NCBI GenBank assembly: GCA_964016885.1
Contig: OZ024747.1
Span: 72,912,001 to 72,976,000, forward strand
Direction of reading: 5' to 3'
Source of the DNA: Eledone cirrhosa
Lineage: Eukaryota
DNA length: 64,000 bases
The notes below the pieces were generated by a model. That model searched no databases, was not told the DNA's origin, and was given only the letters and a program-made list of their open reading frames with translations. Made by a program: the position numbers and the translations under genes. Positions 23,621-37,590 of the stretch are shown here, in pieces (the stretch's first letter is position 1; each line of letters opens with the position of its first letter).

Positions 23621-24036
23621 TATATATATAGCTTCCATTTATTAATATTATTGATATATATATGTGGGATAGCAAGTTATCGTTATAGGTAATCCAGTTA
23701 AGGTTGTGAGTACTCTGTATTGTGGATAGTTTTAACGTACGGCGTTGTTTGACTCAACAAGAGGTTTCCATAGTTAGGTAGCGAGTTCGCAAGAATTCCT
23801 ATGCAGGTTATTCTTGGAGTAATAATAGTGAATGATTGAAGAGTAACATGGTCGGCTGTACAGCCGACCATGTTACTTCAATCTTTCACTATATATATAT
23901 AAGTTTATCCCGGGTTCAATCGGAGGTAACCACAGTAAGTAGGGGTACTCAATACATAGCAGAGTATAACTATTTAATATATAATCTACAGGAGTAGAAC
24001 TGTAGTACAATCATCAGGAAACAAAACAGTGCCATT

Positions 24037-24070
<34 letters not shown>

Positions 24071-24071
<1 letters not shown>

Positions 24072-24300
24072 ATGAAAAATTGAACAGGGACAGAACAGAG
24101 AGGCAGTACAATAAATGTTTATTAAATTCACGCTCAGGAGAGTGGGGGGTAGGTGGGGGACGACGTTTCGGGCATAAGCCCTTCTTCAGGTGAGAAGTGT
24201 GTGGGAACAGAGTTCAAAAGGTGTGTAGGGGAGTGGTGGAGAGACATATAGCGAAAGGAAACGGTGCGAATGAAAAATTCGGCGATGAATTAGTTTTACG
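24071..24300 (-). mobile_element. Penelope-like terminal fragment with a hammerhead core (24159-24189)
   Basis: Minus strand CUGAAGA-A-GGGC(UUAU)GCCC-GAAA-CGUCG-UC, then AATAAA and TTTTTCAT at the (TA)n junction; stem I is not intact. Confidence 0.6.
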
Positions 24301-24312
24301 AGGTTTTTTTAT

Positions 24313-25850
24313 ATGAAAATCGTGTGTCGAAAAATGGTCGCACATGCAATAGGGGCTAGTATCAAAACTACCCTAAAGGGCCACATATTCAAATTCAACG
24401 AGAAGATCTACACCCAAAATGAGGAAACAGCCATTGGCGTCACCATAGCTGGTGACGTTGCCAACCTTTTTATGGTATGGTGGGAAAGGAGACTCAAAGA
24501 TCTCCTTGATGAGAGCTCATCATGTACTCTCGTTACGTAGACGACATCAATATAGTAATAAGGACATCCCCACAAGAGAGTACTAACAAGTTTGATTTAG
24601 AACGTAGCAACATGGAAAGCATCCACCAGATAGCTAATTCCATACACCAGAGTATAACTGTAACTATCGACTACCCTTCCAAACACCCTAACAATAGACT
24701 ACCTGTATTAGACACGGAACTCTGGATTAACACTATAGACGAGAGAGCCCAAATTCTCCACTCACACTATGCTAAACCCATGGCCTCCAAATACCTGATA
24801 CTCAAAAACTCAGCAATGTCCAGTAGTGCTAAGTTTAATATTCTGATCGCAGACTTGGTACGAGTGATGAAGAACGTGTCCCGCATGTGCGACCCAACAG
24901 AAATGGAAAGACACATCCAACACTTCATCAACCGCATGCACTTCTCTGGCTACAACCAAAGAGACAGAGTCAGAGTATACGAAGGAGCCATGGAGAAGTA
25001 TAAGACCCTCATAGAACTGGACATGAAAGGAATTTGCCCATTATACAGGAGCAAATCATGGAATAGCTTAGATAGGACTAGACATAAGATAGGGAAAGCC
25101 ACCTCATGGTACGACAACCAGAGATACCAGAGATACCAGAGTGTCATGTTTGTGGACGCTATCCCTGGAGGGAAATTAGCTAACCAGTGTAGAAAGACCC
25201 ACTTAAAGATTAAGGTGGTAGAAAAGCCAGGAACCACCATAAAATCCCTGATCAGCAAAACCTACCCTTTAGAGAAAACCCACTGTACTAATAGGAAATG
25301 TATCATATGTAAAGTAAACCCCCGGATAAACTGTAAAACTAGAAACGTAGTCTATAGCATAAGATGTACAGAAGGTACTTGCAGAAACATGACAACAACA
25401 TACATAGGCGAGACAGCTCGTAGCATAGGTGAAAGGATAGACCAACACTGGAGGGGAACTAAAAGGACGAAAAACCGGTTCAGTACTATACGAACATGCC
25501 AGACAACAACATGACGGTAACATTGACAACATAGAAATTAGAATAATATCTAAACATAGAAATGACCCAGCAGATAGGCAAATCAGAGAGGCCAATGAAA
25601 TAGAACTTAGAATGCCAAGGCTAAACAGAAAGAATGAATGGAATAACAACATCCACACAAACAACACTGACCTAAGAGAAGTATAAATAAATAAATAAAT
25701 ACATACACAAGCACAATAACACCATACACATATAAATACACACTAGTAAACTAAGATAGAATACAATAACCAATACAAGTCACCCAAACACGAACACACA
25801 TCAAACAAAACACTATACACACAAGCAAACGCATGCGCAGAGAAGACAAA

Positions 25851-25889
<39 letters not shown>

Positions 25890-26185
25890 ACAGACTAAAT
25901 AAAGATGTCGTAGGCATACAATACAACAGGAGGAAACATAATAGCACCACTGACGATGTTGCAGATGTGCAACGAAAGAACTTAGACTATATATATATGT
26001 GTTTGTGTCTATATTGTATCTGTATTTTTGACCGTTGGTCAGTCAATGGTAACATTGAGGACCGAATAAATTAAATTAACCGATATAAAAGACACAGAAG
26101 CGAAAACCAACCAAACAGTGAATGTGTTCTGTTATTAATTCTGGCAATATTATTACACAAATATGACCCTCCCCAAGTATAACAA
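24313..26185 (+). mobile_element. 5'-truncated Penelope-like element (possibly Naiad-type): RT plus C-terminal GIY-YIG endonuclease, frameshifted, with 3' pLTR
   Basis: AIGVTIAGDVANLFMVWW, RYVDD, Cys-rich linker, NVVYSIRC..YIGETARS..R..QH; the shifted frame gives RQIREA..LNRKNEW with a stop at about 25686; ends at (TA)n. Confidence 0.88.
25946..25987 (+). ncRNA. Hammerhead ribozyme motif, stem I degenerate
   Basis: CUGACGA-U-GUUGCA(GAUG)UGCAAC-GAAA-GAACUU; same layout as 3579-3621 with a different but fully paired stem II. Confidence 0.55.
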
Positions 26186-26234
26186 TATATATATATATAT
26201 ATGAAATATATGAAATATATGAAATATATGAAAT

Positions 26235-28650
26235 ATGAAATATAAGAATCAAAGAACTGTTCAAAACATTATTGTGCTTACAGCTGTTTCCTCCAAACCG
26301 AGGTTTGGATTCTTCGGAGCAATTTATTAATGAATGGACAGTTATATGACCTCCTTTTCAGCCAAGAGACATACCGATACATATGCAAATATTGTGGGTC
26401 AACATTCATTACAGCATTTAGAGTGGCAGTACACACTTCGAGATTACATTCATAATAAAAGGTACAATCAAAAATCAAAAATACAGGTTAAAATACAACA
26501 TGAAGATAAGCGGTTATATAGTGCAAATGTTATATGTGTGGCAAGCACGTGCGTCTTGTTTATATAGTGTGGCAGAGAGATATGTGTGGTAGGAGAACTT
26601 AGGTAGGTAAAGAAGAGTGTTAGGTTGGTTTATCTGGTGGGAAATTCTTTATATGATTGTTATAGTCTGTGTGTGGAGAAAAGATATAAGCATTAAAAAT
26701 AGTGCAAGCATTAAAAGTATGAAACGTATTGGAGATGCACAGCGAAGGGATGACAAGGACCTCATGTACTTCGACATTTTCATGGTCAGGGGAGTGTATT
26801 CTTCGATTATATGCCCCTCACATAATCCACGGCAATTCTATATTGAGCGTTTGACAATCCAGTTAGAGAATCGTAGTCCGATGTTCTTAAGTTCAATACA
26901 GGAGGCTGTTACGTTTCGCGAAACGACATTGAATACTACCCGGAAGTGTGTGTGTGGCTAAGGGGAGTTAATGCATGAGGGGAGGTAACTCCGGGGTTTC
27001 TATACCTCGCTATTGAAATGTCTCAATATAGACCCTAATTTCTATGGTTATGCGCAACTTCCAAAAAATTCCTAAAGCATAAAGTGTTTTAACTATAGAG
27101 TAGTTTATTAAGTTGTGCTGAAGGTGTTCGTATTATTATGGTGAATTAACCCCCATCCTAGGGTGCCACAAATGAATATTATAGACGATGAGCGAGGATT
27201 CTAAATTAATGATCTCTGTGGTTGTACCCTACTCATAGGACCAGGCGCGGTGATTGCAGAATCACTTCAAGACACAATGATCTCTGGTAAGTTCTGGGTC
27301 ATCGCTTGCTACATTGGATGTCGAAAGGTAATCATCATCAGGGCCGGCCAGGGGTCAATCCGCAGTCCTCATGACCCCACTCTGACCATCAAATCATCCA
27401 TATATGTACAACCCGCACGGCAGTTGCAATACATTCATTCTCTGCACTCAGCGTCCTGGTCCTACTGCTCAACAGCGTTACTAGATTAAATCGTTTTTCA
27501 TCTGTCTAAGGAAGGCACTTCCTCCGCACAACACCACCAAACTAATCAATTCATGCTTAAATTACCTATAGAGCGGTGTAGTGCAGTTCAAGTGGGTGGA
27601 TGTTGTCACCCCTAACGTAGAGGTATAAATGGGTATTCTCCCAGCGAAGGGTTCCGGAGGGATGTCGTAGTTTGTGTTATATTAGATCAGTTAGTGTTGT
27701 GTATGTGGTATAAGGTGTGCCCCTGGTGTTTGATGCTAGATGTGGTGTTTGGTTCAAGTCCGACATTGCTATATATTGGGCTTAAAGTTTTGGAAGGAAT
27801 GTCTGAAGCGGTGCTGGCAAGTTGCAAACACCTCAGATTTTTTGTTAAGTAGGTTACGGTTGGAGAAGATAATATTGTGGGTCTCTAGTATACAGAGGTT
27901 ACAAAATTTATTAGGTGGTTTGTACGAAGTCGCGCTGCCTATCACTTCCCATTTGAGTGTGTATGGTTTATTTTTAGTTTTTAGATAGTGTATGTAGCTA
28001 GATAGTGAGGTGGAGTTGGCTAGGCTGTGCTTTTTGAACGAGTGGATGTGCGAATTATATTTGATTTTGAAGCTGTTAGAAGTGGAGCCTACATAGGTTT
28101 CTGAAGAGTTGCTAGTTGTAACGGTGCATGAGTATATGATATCCTTGGTTAGGCATTTTTTATCCAAAGGGCAGGTTCTATTAGCTCTACAGTTACAATT
28201 ATCCTGTGTGTTAGTCTGCTGGTTATAATGCAGTGCAGAATTCTGGGTGGTAGCTATAGGATTTTGGACATTCGGGTTGTCAACCCCGGTGTTATTTCTT
28301 ATACTAGTGTTATTTCTATTGTTACTGCCGTTACTATGGTTGCTTGCTACAGAGGTATTTAGAAGGTTTGGATCCTGTTGTGATTTCGTTTGTTGGAAGT
28401 AAGAATTAATTTTATTTTTATTGCTGCTAGCTATGTGGTATGCTAAGTTAGGCGTCGTAGAGTATGAGATTTTAATAGTGTTTTTGTTTAAAAGGTTGTG
28501 GTACTTGTGTCCTAGAGGGAAGTTTTTATCTAGTAGTGAGAAGAAAGCCCTAGGTATGTTGGTGGAGACATTTAGGTTGAAAGGAGGGTTGAAAAATGTA
28601 TTATTTCTTCTTCTATTTTTGCTTTTAGTGTTTGGTGTGTTGTTTCTTCA
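26235..28650 (-). mobile_element. 5'-truncated Penelope-like element of a second clade: linker plus GIY-YIG domain and a long 3' region
   Basis: Stop-free frame from about 28645 to 27769: FFNPPFNLNVSTNI..KISYS..CNCR..CPL..C..IIYSC..YVGST..FK..Y..H..CNLCILE..LLNKKSE..CQH; hammerhead near the 3' end. The 3' extent is inferred. Confidence 0.8.
26275..26321 (-). ncRNA. Type I hammerhead ribozyme motif with a CCGAAGA core variant
   Basis: UGCU-CCGAAGA-A-UCCAAACC(UC)GGUUUGGA-G-GAAA-CAGCUG-UA-AGCA; palindromic stem III and a GUA cleavage triplet. Confidence 0.7.
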
Positions 28651-30107
28651 TACGGCACCACAGTAGTTTCCGTGGTAATGGTTACTTCCGGTGGCACCCT
28701 CCGCTTTGGTGTACTTGTGGTTGCTATTCCTATTATTAGGTTTCCTCATGGACATGTTGTGCGAAATGATGTTGTAGCTATGTGTTCTTTGATTCTTATA
28801 TTTCATATAACTGATCTGTAAATCATCTGATGTTTTTACATTGAGCTACTTAACTTACTGGTAATAAGCTAGTAATACATTACTGCCTACCACTATTTAG
28901 GGTTTGTATAAAAAATACATATAACTGCTAAAGGTTTTTGTATTTTCATAACCATAAATAGTACAATTAATACTACAATTAATACTATATATATATATGT
29001 ATGTGTGTGTGTATATACATACATAAATACGTTTTAGTATTTCAAAGATTAAGGTTTATATATATTGTTTTATCTTGTACCAGACCAAACTAATAAAAAG
29101 ATTTAATAACTCTGTCACTACAGCTTTTTATAAATATCCACTCGCCACTAGAATTTAATGCTATCAGGTAATTATGGAAAATTACTCTGCAATCTAAAGA
29201 CAGAATTATCTCCCTTTAAAATTCGTCTTAACGGTTATGGATTTCAGGAGTGTGCTGTTCAAATCATCTTTGTGGTCGGCAAATTAGTACTACAACCTAG
29301 ACAATAATTTAGTTCTGTTTGTAATTGTTACATTCAGTAGGTAACGCACGTGTTTCTTTTTGTTGGCTATGGAAAGTAGTACAACAAATTGGTTATAAAA
29401 TCCTCTACACAGAAACAAGTTGACAGCCACAAGTCTTCATCTAGGTAAAACTACCGTATCCACCGACCCTTCCACTTTCAATACAATTCTTAACCCATCA
29501 TTAACACCACATGAACTCAGTCACCAAATGCAGAATAAAATATGTAGTGTCACCCTCCCCCTTTTGCCTTTCTTTCGTTGCTCTACCCCCCCCCCCCAAA
29601 AAAAAAAACCTTTCCTTTCATCTACAGCATTTATAGTCGTTTCCAATATTACTTTCTTTTTCTATATATTTGACTAAATATTAAATTCATTATTATTTTT
29701 ATGTAATTTTATCCTAGAAACATATTTAAGCATCAATTTATATAATGAGAAAGTTATATTACTAAATCCCTCCAAATTTTTTTTATTACTTAACCCAAAC
29801 AAATTAAAAGGTCCAGATAATATTTATACTACCAATTAAAAGGACTATTTTCTCAAGTAGAGGAAATGTGTGACAAATGAGTATTCGCCACCTCTAGTTA
29901 GACAAAGAATATATTGCCCTAGAGGATGGTGAGAGAGACACGCAAGAACAGCCACTCCACTTTGAGTTGCTTGCACTCCAGTAGCAGAGAATAGGGATGT
30001 GTTCTGGAGGCCAAGTTGTCATCTTAATTTTAATTGGTCACCCTCTCTCTTTCACTATCTCTCTATCATCGATTCCAAGTTAAATAGAAAGACATGACAA
30101 TAAGTTC

Positions 30108-33091
30108 TTCTTCCTCCTCCTCCTCCTCTTCCTTCTTCTTCTTCTTCTTCTTCTTCTTCTTCTTCTTCTTCTTCTTCTTCTTCTTCCTGAGAGTGTCGTG
30201 GGGGCAGAGTCCTCAAACACTCCTTCCAGCAGGTTCTGTCAGAAGCAACCATCTCCAATTGATCTGGCTGTATCACCAAGTGAAACCTGCCTATCCCATG
30301 GCTGTTATCCAACCATCTTGCTTGGGGTCTACCCCTGGGTCACCTGCCAGTTCATTTAGCCAGCAAAATCTGTCCAACGATTCATTCTGACCACATATTT
30401 GTAATATTAGAGTTGTGATCTCTCAATTCAGAGAAGTAGTGGCTCTACCTGGAGCAACTCTACCTGATTTCCAAGCTATGCACTCTATTGAGTAATGTTA
30501 CTCCAACGATTCTTCGGAGGAATCTATTTAGACCAATTGGATTTGCAATCGTATTATTTCTGTCATTGCTCAAGATTCATGACCATAGGTAAGGGTTGAC
30601 ATGAATACTGAATTGAAGATAGCGAGTTTGGTTTTTACACCTATCTACCTTTTCTGATTACCGAATGCTTAAGCTGGCATATTACTGCACCAGCTCCTGC
30701 AATTCTTGCACTTAATTCAGCCTCTTTACTTCCATCAATCCTGAACACGGACCCAAGATACTTGAACTTCTCCACCTGCTTCAGTGGAACTCCATTTACA
30801 TGTAGAGTGCACTGTGCAGGTTTCCTTGAGAGGACGAGTGTCTCAGTATTTTAGCACTGATTTTCGTTCCAGTCATGCAGCACTTGGAATCAAACCTATC
30901 AAGTGCAAGTTGGAGATCACCTTCTGTTGAGTTAAGCAACACCATGTCATCTTCAAATTCCAGCCAACTGATTTTACACCCGCCTCTTATGATACTACTT
31001 CCAACCCTGCTGTGTATGTCAATCCTGCTCATGTAAGTTATAAACAGAAGAGGTGACAGTAGGCTCCATTGGCAGAATCTGACTCCCAATTTGAATGGTT
31101 TTGATTTAGCACCATTTATATGAAGACACACTCGAGCATTCATATAGAAACATCGGGGCAATAAGAAGCTGACCATCAATCCCATACTCCTGCAGAATCT
31201 TCTACAGCAAGACCGCTTCGAGGTCTACAAAACAATGCTCCCATGATTTCTCGAATACCTGCCGCACTGTGAATATTTGATCAGCTGTGTTGTGACCATG
31301 GCAAAAACTGTACTGTTCATCAGCTAGCTTGGACTTGACAATCTGCCTGCATCTCTTTAACAGACACATAGCACAGACTTTACCGGGGAAGCTTAACAAG
31401 GAAATCGCTCTGTAATTGGAACAATCTCTCTTGTCTCCCTTTTTGAAAATTGGAATTATCACTCCTGTTTGCCACTGCTTAGGTGCCTTTCCAGAGATCC
31501 AGTCCACCCAGCACACACGAGTCATCCAGAGAATACCTTCTCTAAGTACTTTTAACATCTTGGGCTAGATTTCATCTACCCTAGCAACCTTAACACATTT
31601 GAGCTCTTTAACTGCTCTTGTGACCTCAGTCTCTGAGAGATTAATCACTGCTCCCAGATGCACTTTTTGTACATCAAGAGGTATTGTTCTGACTAGGTTT
31701 AGGAGATCAGCAAAGTATTCTCTCCACCTTGCAAGGATGCACCTCTCTGAAGAGAGGAGAACCCCAGACGCATTCCTGATAGCAGGTGTGGAGGAGGACT
31801 TCTTGTTACAAAGTTGGCTGATGGTCTGCCAGAGCACTTTATTTGCTGATGTAAAGTCGAATTCCAGCTTAACTTCAAAGACCTTGAATGCCTTTACTGT
31901 CTCTGCTGTGAATCTTCATTCCACAAGTGCAAGGAGAACATATTTCCAATCCAAGCTTTGTAGGCCTCCTTCTTTGCTCTGATGGCATCTTTGGCCTCTT
32001 GATTGAACCAATGGGTCCTCCTGATATCCAGTGCCACACCAAGCCACTTTCACCCACAGCATTTAACAACTGAAGCAGAAACTGCTGAACTGAACAATCT
32101 CTACTCTGTCTCCTTAGGAAGTTCTCTAAATTTGAATGCAATAACTGGTCCTGATTTCCTCTTCTACCAAAACTTCCCCCTATATCCTGTAGGTCTCTCT
32201 GGACCTGTCAGTTTTGTGGGGTTCTTTGGCTTTAGTTAGTCTCAAGTTGCAGATAAGTAGATGGTGATCAGTTACAACTCAGCCCCCCCCCCCCCTCTTA
32301 AAACAAACATACAGTACAGAACCGAAGAGATCAGAGACAATTATTGATTTCTATCCCCGAATCCTCTTATACCATGTATATTTATGGCTGTCTCTGTGAT
32401 GGAAGAAGGTGTTCATAATAGAGAGTCCATTGCTAGAACAGAAGTTTAGTAAGGCCTCTCCATTCGTATTTAGATCGGGGTTGCTGTTCCTTCTAATCAC
32501 TCCTTTCCATGTCAGATTGTCAGTGCCAACATGTGCATTAAAGACTCCCATTAGGATATATGACTCAGTCTTAACTACATCTAACACTGCAGTGACTTCG
32601 TCAAGGAAGAATCTGTATTCAGACTCCTTGTTTGGTGTTTAAACTTGCACTTCTGACAGAGACCTATCTTTCAGCCTAAGCTTCCCGAGGCAAATCCTCC
32701 CTCCTAATGGGACCCACTCCATAACATTCTGACAACCGGGGCTTGTGAGTATCCCCACTCCCACCTGTGCAGTCATTTCTGGCATCACACCTGAAAATCT
32801 ACAGTACCAGAGCCACAGCACTTTGAGGTAACCCTGACTATATCTACCGGGTAGCATCTAGCCACCTCCACTAGTAAGTGTTGTGATGTTCCAGTTTCCA
32901 CTAGTCAAGTTTTGTTACCTTCCGAATCCTTTTTGGGGTCTCAGGATACACAATTTTGTGTGTCCATCCCATACCTCACAGGTCAGGTCGAATGCTCATT
33001 GCCACTTTTTGTGACATGAAATGGTGACTGCATTTTATATTTTAAACAGCCCGCTCTACCTAAAGTCTGGTACTTTCTTAAACCCACAAAG
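30108..33091 (-). mobile_element. Decayed near-full-length RTE-clade LINE (Rex3/Expander-like) with a (GAA)n tail
   Basis: APE fragments (GVFNAHVG, NTFF..HKYTW) at 32351-32857; RT fragments (WQTGVIIPIFKKGD..NYRAISLLS, FVDLE, FEDD); tail 30108-30187; flanking TAAGTTC at 30101-30107 and 33092-33098. Confidence 0.88.
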
Positions 33092-33896
33092 TAAGTTCCA
33101 ACCCTAAAAGAAATTTAACAAAATACCTAACATTTTCTATTTGAAATATAATTTAACAAATTATGATGGAAATTTTTAATATAAATATGAACATTTTAAA
33201 ACGAGAGATTCTATGTCATGAAACAAGGTTTCTGGTAGGCTGGCATCAAAGGAGTTAAGAAATATATTTTACAGGTAAACCTTTTATATTTTATAACACT
33301 GTGTTATACAAAGTGTTAATTTATTATATTCACTTTTATAATTTTCTATGTCATTCAGCATTCGTTTGCATTTATTTTACCAGAAATTTTGCTCGTAATC
33401 TTTCATTTGAACTATTTCTTGATTCATTCTTGGATAATAACTTTCCTACTTTTTCCACTGTTGCAAATATGGTTTTTATTTCTTATAGTTTAAGAAATCT
33501 ATTTATATTTTATTTCAAAATACTCAAATATATTTCTAGGATAAAATTACATAAAAATAATAAAGAATTTAATATTTAGTCAAACATAAAGAAAAAGAAA
33601 GTGGTATTAGAAAGGATTATAGATGAAAGGAAAAGGAGGGAAAGAGCAAGGACTATTATGCAACAAAGAAATAAAGGGAGAAGGGAAGAAGGTGACAGAC
33701 TCTATACCTAAGTCAGAGCAGTGTTTCAGCTGTGCCCCAAGGACACAATGGCAAAGACATTTCTGCAGACAATGGCCAACAACAACCATCCCATCTCACG
33801 AGGTTAAATCATAAGAAATATCTTCAGATTTTAATTTTATGAAAATATTTGTATATTTTTGTGTGATGGCTATTTTTTAAATTTTCCTTATGTGAT

Positions 33897-34030
33897 TCTG
33901 AGTTCAAATCTCATGGAGGACAGCTTTGCCTGTCATCCTTTCAGGACGAATAAAATAAAACTATCACTCAAGCACTGGTTTGATTTTATTGGCTTTCCCT
34001 CACCTAAAATTGATGGACTTGTGCCTAGAT
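33897..34030 (+). mobile_element. Diverged SINE family 1 fragment
   Basis: TCTGAGTTCAAATC..CTTTGCCTGTCATCCTTTC..TAAAATAAA. Confidence 0.65.
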
Positions 34031-35129
34031 AATTTTATTTATACCTTTTAAACAACTTACTTAATCATTTCATGCATAACTTAGTATCAGCAAGGGAAAG
34101 ACCAATAGAAACATTGTTTCCTTGGTAAGATTTGACGAGTTCCACCCCACTCAGTAAGTGAATGAAATTTGGGATCTTGTTGATCGAACTGTATCTATAT
34201 CTAATGACTGCTTAAGAATATTTGGTAACTTTAGTTACTGAACAAATATTGAAGCTCTTCCATATTAAAATCTGTGCTATCTTTATTTTCTTTATAACAT
34301 TAATATTAATGGGTTCTTATAACATTAATATTTAAAACATTATGAACTTTAAAATACCTCTTTCTAGAGGTATGGTTGAAATTCCATAAATTCTGCTTCA
34401 TCTATGCAGAAGCATAGTTCTTCTTGTTGGAGTCAAAATGCAGACTGTCTTTGTTCTAGCTATTTACAGACCTTAATGCATTCAATACCAGCTCTACATA
34501 TCAACAGAACTTATATTCTCCCCATCATGTAAGCATTGTGTGCCTATCACAGGCAAATCTTTAGATTTCTATTTAGATATCCGATTCAATATTTCTGTTT
34601 CTCTAGTAACTATCTCACCAGACACAATCAGCTATTATGTGTAAATTAAAAAGGATGTGATTTTAATGAAATTAACACCATAAAATACAAAAGTAGATAT
34701 CTCTCTTATATCAAATTATAACAAGCAAATGAAAGAAACTCCTATCTTACTAGCATCTTAAAAGGATACATTAGATAATGTAATGTTGGAAACAACACTT
34801 GAAATAAAGGCAAGAGAGTTATGTCTGTTCTTTAATCATAGCTCTGCTTATTCAGATTTCATCTGGGGCTGAACAATAAAACAAACTATTGCTTGAAATT
34901 AATTTATAAAAGATAAAATTTAGATGTGATTTGAATAATTTATTTTTATTTGAAAATTAATATAGTTGAGTTAGAATGATTAAATGAGTGATATGTTCAA
35001 AGTCAGGTCAGGTCAGACTTCTGCCTACTACTGGTAGTAACCCACTACAACCTACTTGATAGTCGAGTGGTTGGCAACTGGTTCCTCCTCCAGACCGCGG
35101 TAAAGTCAGTCTTCAGCCTGCTACTACTA

Positions 35130-35278
<149 letters not shown>

Positions 35279-35949
35279 TACATTTATATATATATATATA
35301 CAAAGATTAGTATATATATATTTCTTTATCTTGACATTTAGATTTAAATTATATTTGTATTGTGATTACGAATTAGTGTACATATCATGTTTGGAAACTA
35401 TATTATAGACTCAGTTCTCTGTTGGTTTATCACATTAAATTCATTGGTCTTGTGGAGTCTATCAAAGTTATGGCACAGCACCTTCTACCGGACCAAACTA
35501 ATAAAAAGTTTTAATAACTCTCTTACTATAGTTTCCTAAAAATATCCATTTGTTTCTATAGAATTAAAGTAAGATAACTAAGGGAAATTACTATTCGATC
35601 TACAGACAGAATTATCTCCCTTAGAAATTTGTTTTGAATTTAATGGATTGTAGGAGTATGTTTCTCAAAGTCCTTTTCGTTGTCGGAAACTCAGCACTAC
35701 AGCCCAGACAATAATTTAGTTCTGCTATGCAGCTAAAATGCTCATTATGAAAACAGAGAACCTCATATGCTTGTTTGTATCCCTGTAGTATAATATAGAC
35801 ATCGATACATTTCAAAATAACTATCACTTCATATTTATATTAACAATCTTCATATATTTGGCAAATAAGGACATGGCATTAAAACCCTGAAAAATTGGTT
35901 TATCTTACCTAATTATTATTAGAGCTTAATTCTGTTAGAGTTGATAAAA

Positions 35950-36297
35950 TATTCTCGGGTTTCCAATAATCGTCACTTTTTCAGCCTTCCCGCTCATATT
36001 CCAACCACGCCGCTTATTAAATTTTGCTAATATATCACCGGAAATTTGTTATTATAAATGGTAGCATTCCTGCGACAATTAATTTTCTTAATACATTAAA
36101 AAATATTATACATGACAAAAAAAGTACATTACAAGAAATCTCACACGTTATAAAATAAATAGGATGGGTCTCAATATGTAAACAAAACAACTAATTCAGG
36201 ATTAAAAAGAATCAAGGGAGACAACCTAGAAAAATTCCCGATTTTCCGACCCTCCGCTTCTTCTAACATATTCCCTATTATTTGGGACCCAAGACTA
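35950..36297. mobile_element. MITE-like element with imperfect TIRs; related copy at about 42764-43015
   Basis: TATTCTCGGGTTTCCAATAA and TTATTTGGGACCCAAGACTA ends; internal CATTCCTGCGACAATTAATTTT..ACAAGAAATCTCA is shared with 42930-43010. Confidence 0.55.
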
Positions 36298-36634
36298 CAT
36301 GGAAATGTTTACTTTAAATATTTGCTCATCATTCTAGTCATCACCACTGGCAACAAATATGTTAGAGACAGTTCAATGGATTCCATGATATTTCTACACA
36401 AAGAAACAATCTGTGCTGGATAAGAATTAATATAATTGAAACTATATATTTCTAAAAAAAAAATAAAACAATAATTTACATTTAGAATAAAATTTAAAGG
36501 AAACTAGTTTGTTTTTTTCGTCGTAATAGTAGAACTAATAGTAGAACTAATTTGTTTTTTTCGTCGTAATAGTAGAACTACTTCGTTATAGAAATAAGTA
36601 GTAGTGCTACTATTATTTGAAAGTAGTGTACTAG

Positions 36635-37045
36635 AATGCCGTAACCTCCGAGGAAGTCGTAAGGGTGCCGTATTAACATACGGCGTGTCTAGGGCAGTTT
36701 GAAACCTGGTGGAGCCCCTCTCCAGGACGGAATACAGCAGATTTCTTCCAGAGAAACATAGAGAGAGTGAGGGAATGGAAGTGAGAAAGAGATGTAGAAG
36801 AAGAATCAACCCAAGTACTAGACTGGTACCTTTTATATCGACCGTGAATGGATGAACAGCAAAGTTGACATTGGTTGGATTTGAACTCAGAGAGCAGAGA
36901 GCTGGAATACCAAAGAGCATTCTATCCGATGTTCTAACCACTCTGCCATTCTATCCGATGTTCTAACCACTCTGCCATTCTATCCGATGTTCTAACCACT
37001 CTGCCATTCTATCCGATGTTCTAACCACTCTGCCAATTCACCACC
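36635..37045 (-). mobile_element. SINE family 1 long-tail variant with a 4x 29-bp head amplification (36918-37034)
   Basis: Colinear with the plus-strand copy at 54739-55103. Confidence 0.8.
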
Positions 37046-37590
37046 ATATTGTTTGACAGCGGTAATTGCGAAATTCCAAAATAAATTATTCTACAGACAA
37101 TATTTTAAAATTGGTATAATCATATAATTCTGTAAACTGGATGATTCAGCCAGAAGTCTTCATCGAGGTAAAGCTAGCACATCCATTGACCCTTTCACTA
37201 CCAATTCTGTGTAAACTCAATCCATTATTAGCATCACATGTAAACAATCGCCGAATGCTGAATAAAATTTGCAGAATCTGTCATCCTCTCCTCCTTCCTT
37301 TCGTTACCTATCAATCCTTGCCCCCCCCCCCACACACTTTCCTTTCAGTTATAACATTTATAGTCCTTTCCAATGTACATCGTTCCAAAGTTTTTAACCC
37401 GAATAAATTAACAGGTTCAGATAATATTTCTACTATCAATTACAAGGACTATACTCTCAAGTTATCATCTTAATCTTGATTAGTCACCCACTCACTATCT
37501 CTCCATCATCTATTCCAAGTTATATAAAAAGACATGACACTAAGTTCAATCTCCAAGAAAGACTTCACACTGTCTACTATTTACCAATCA

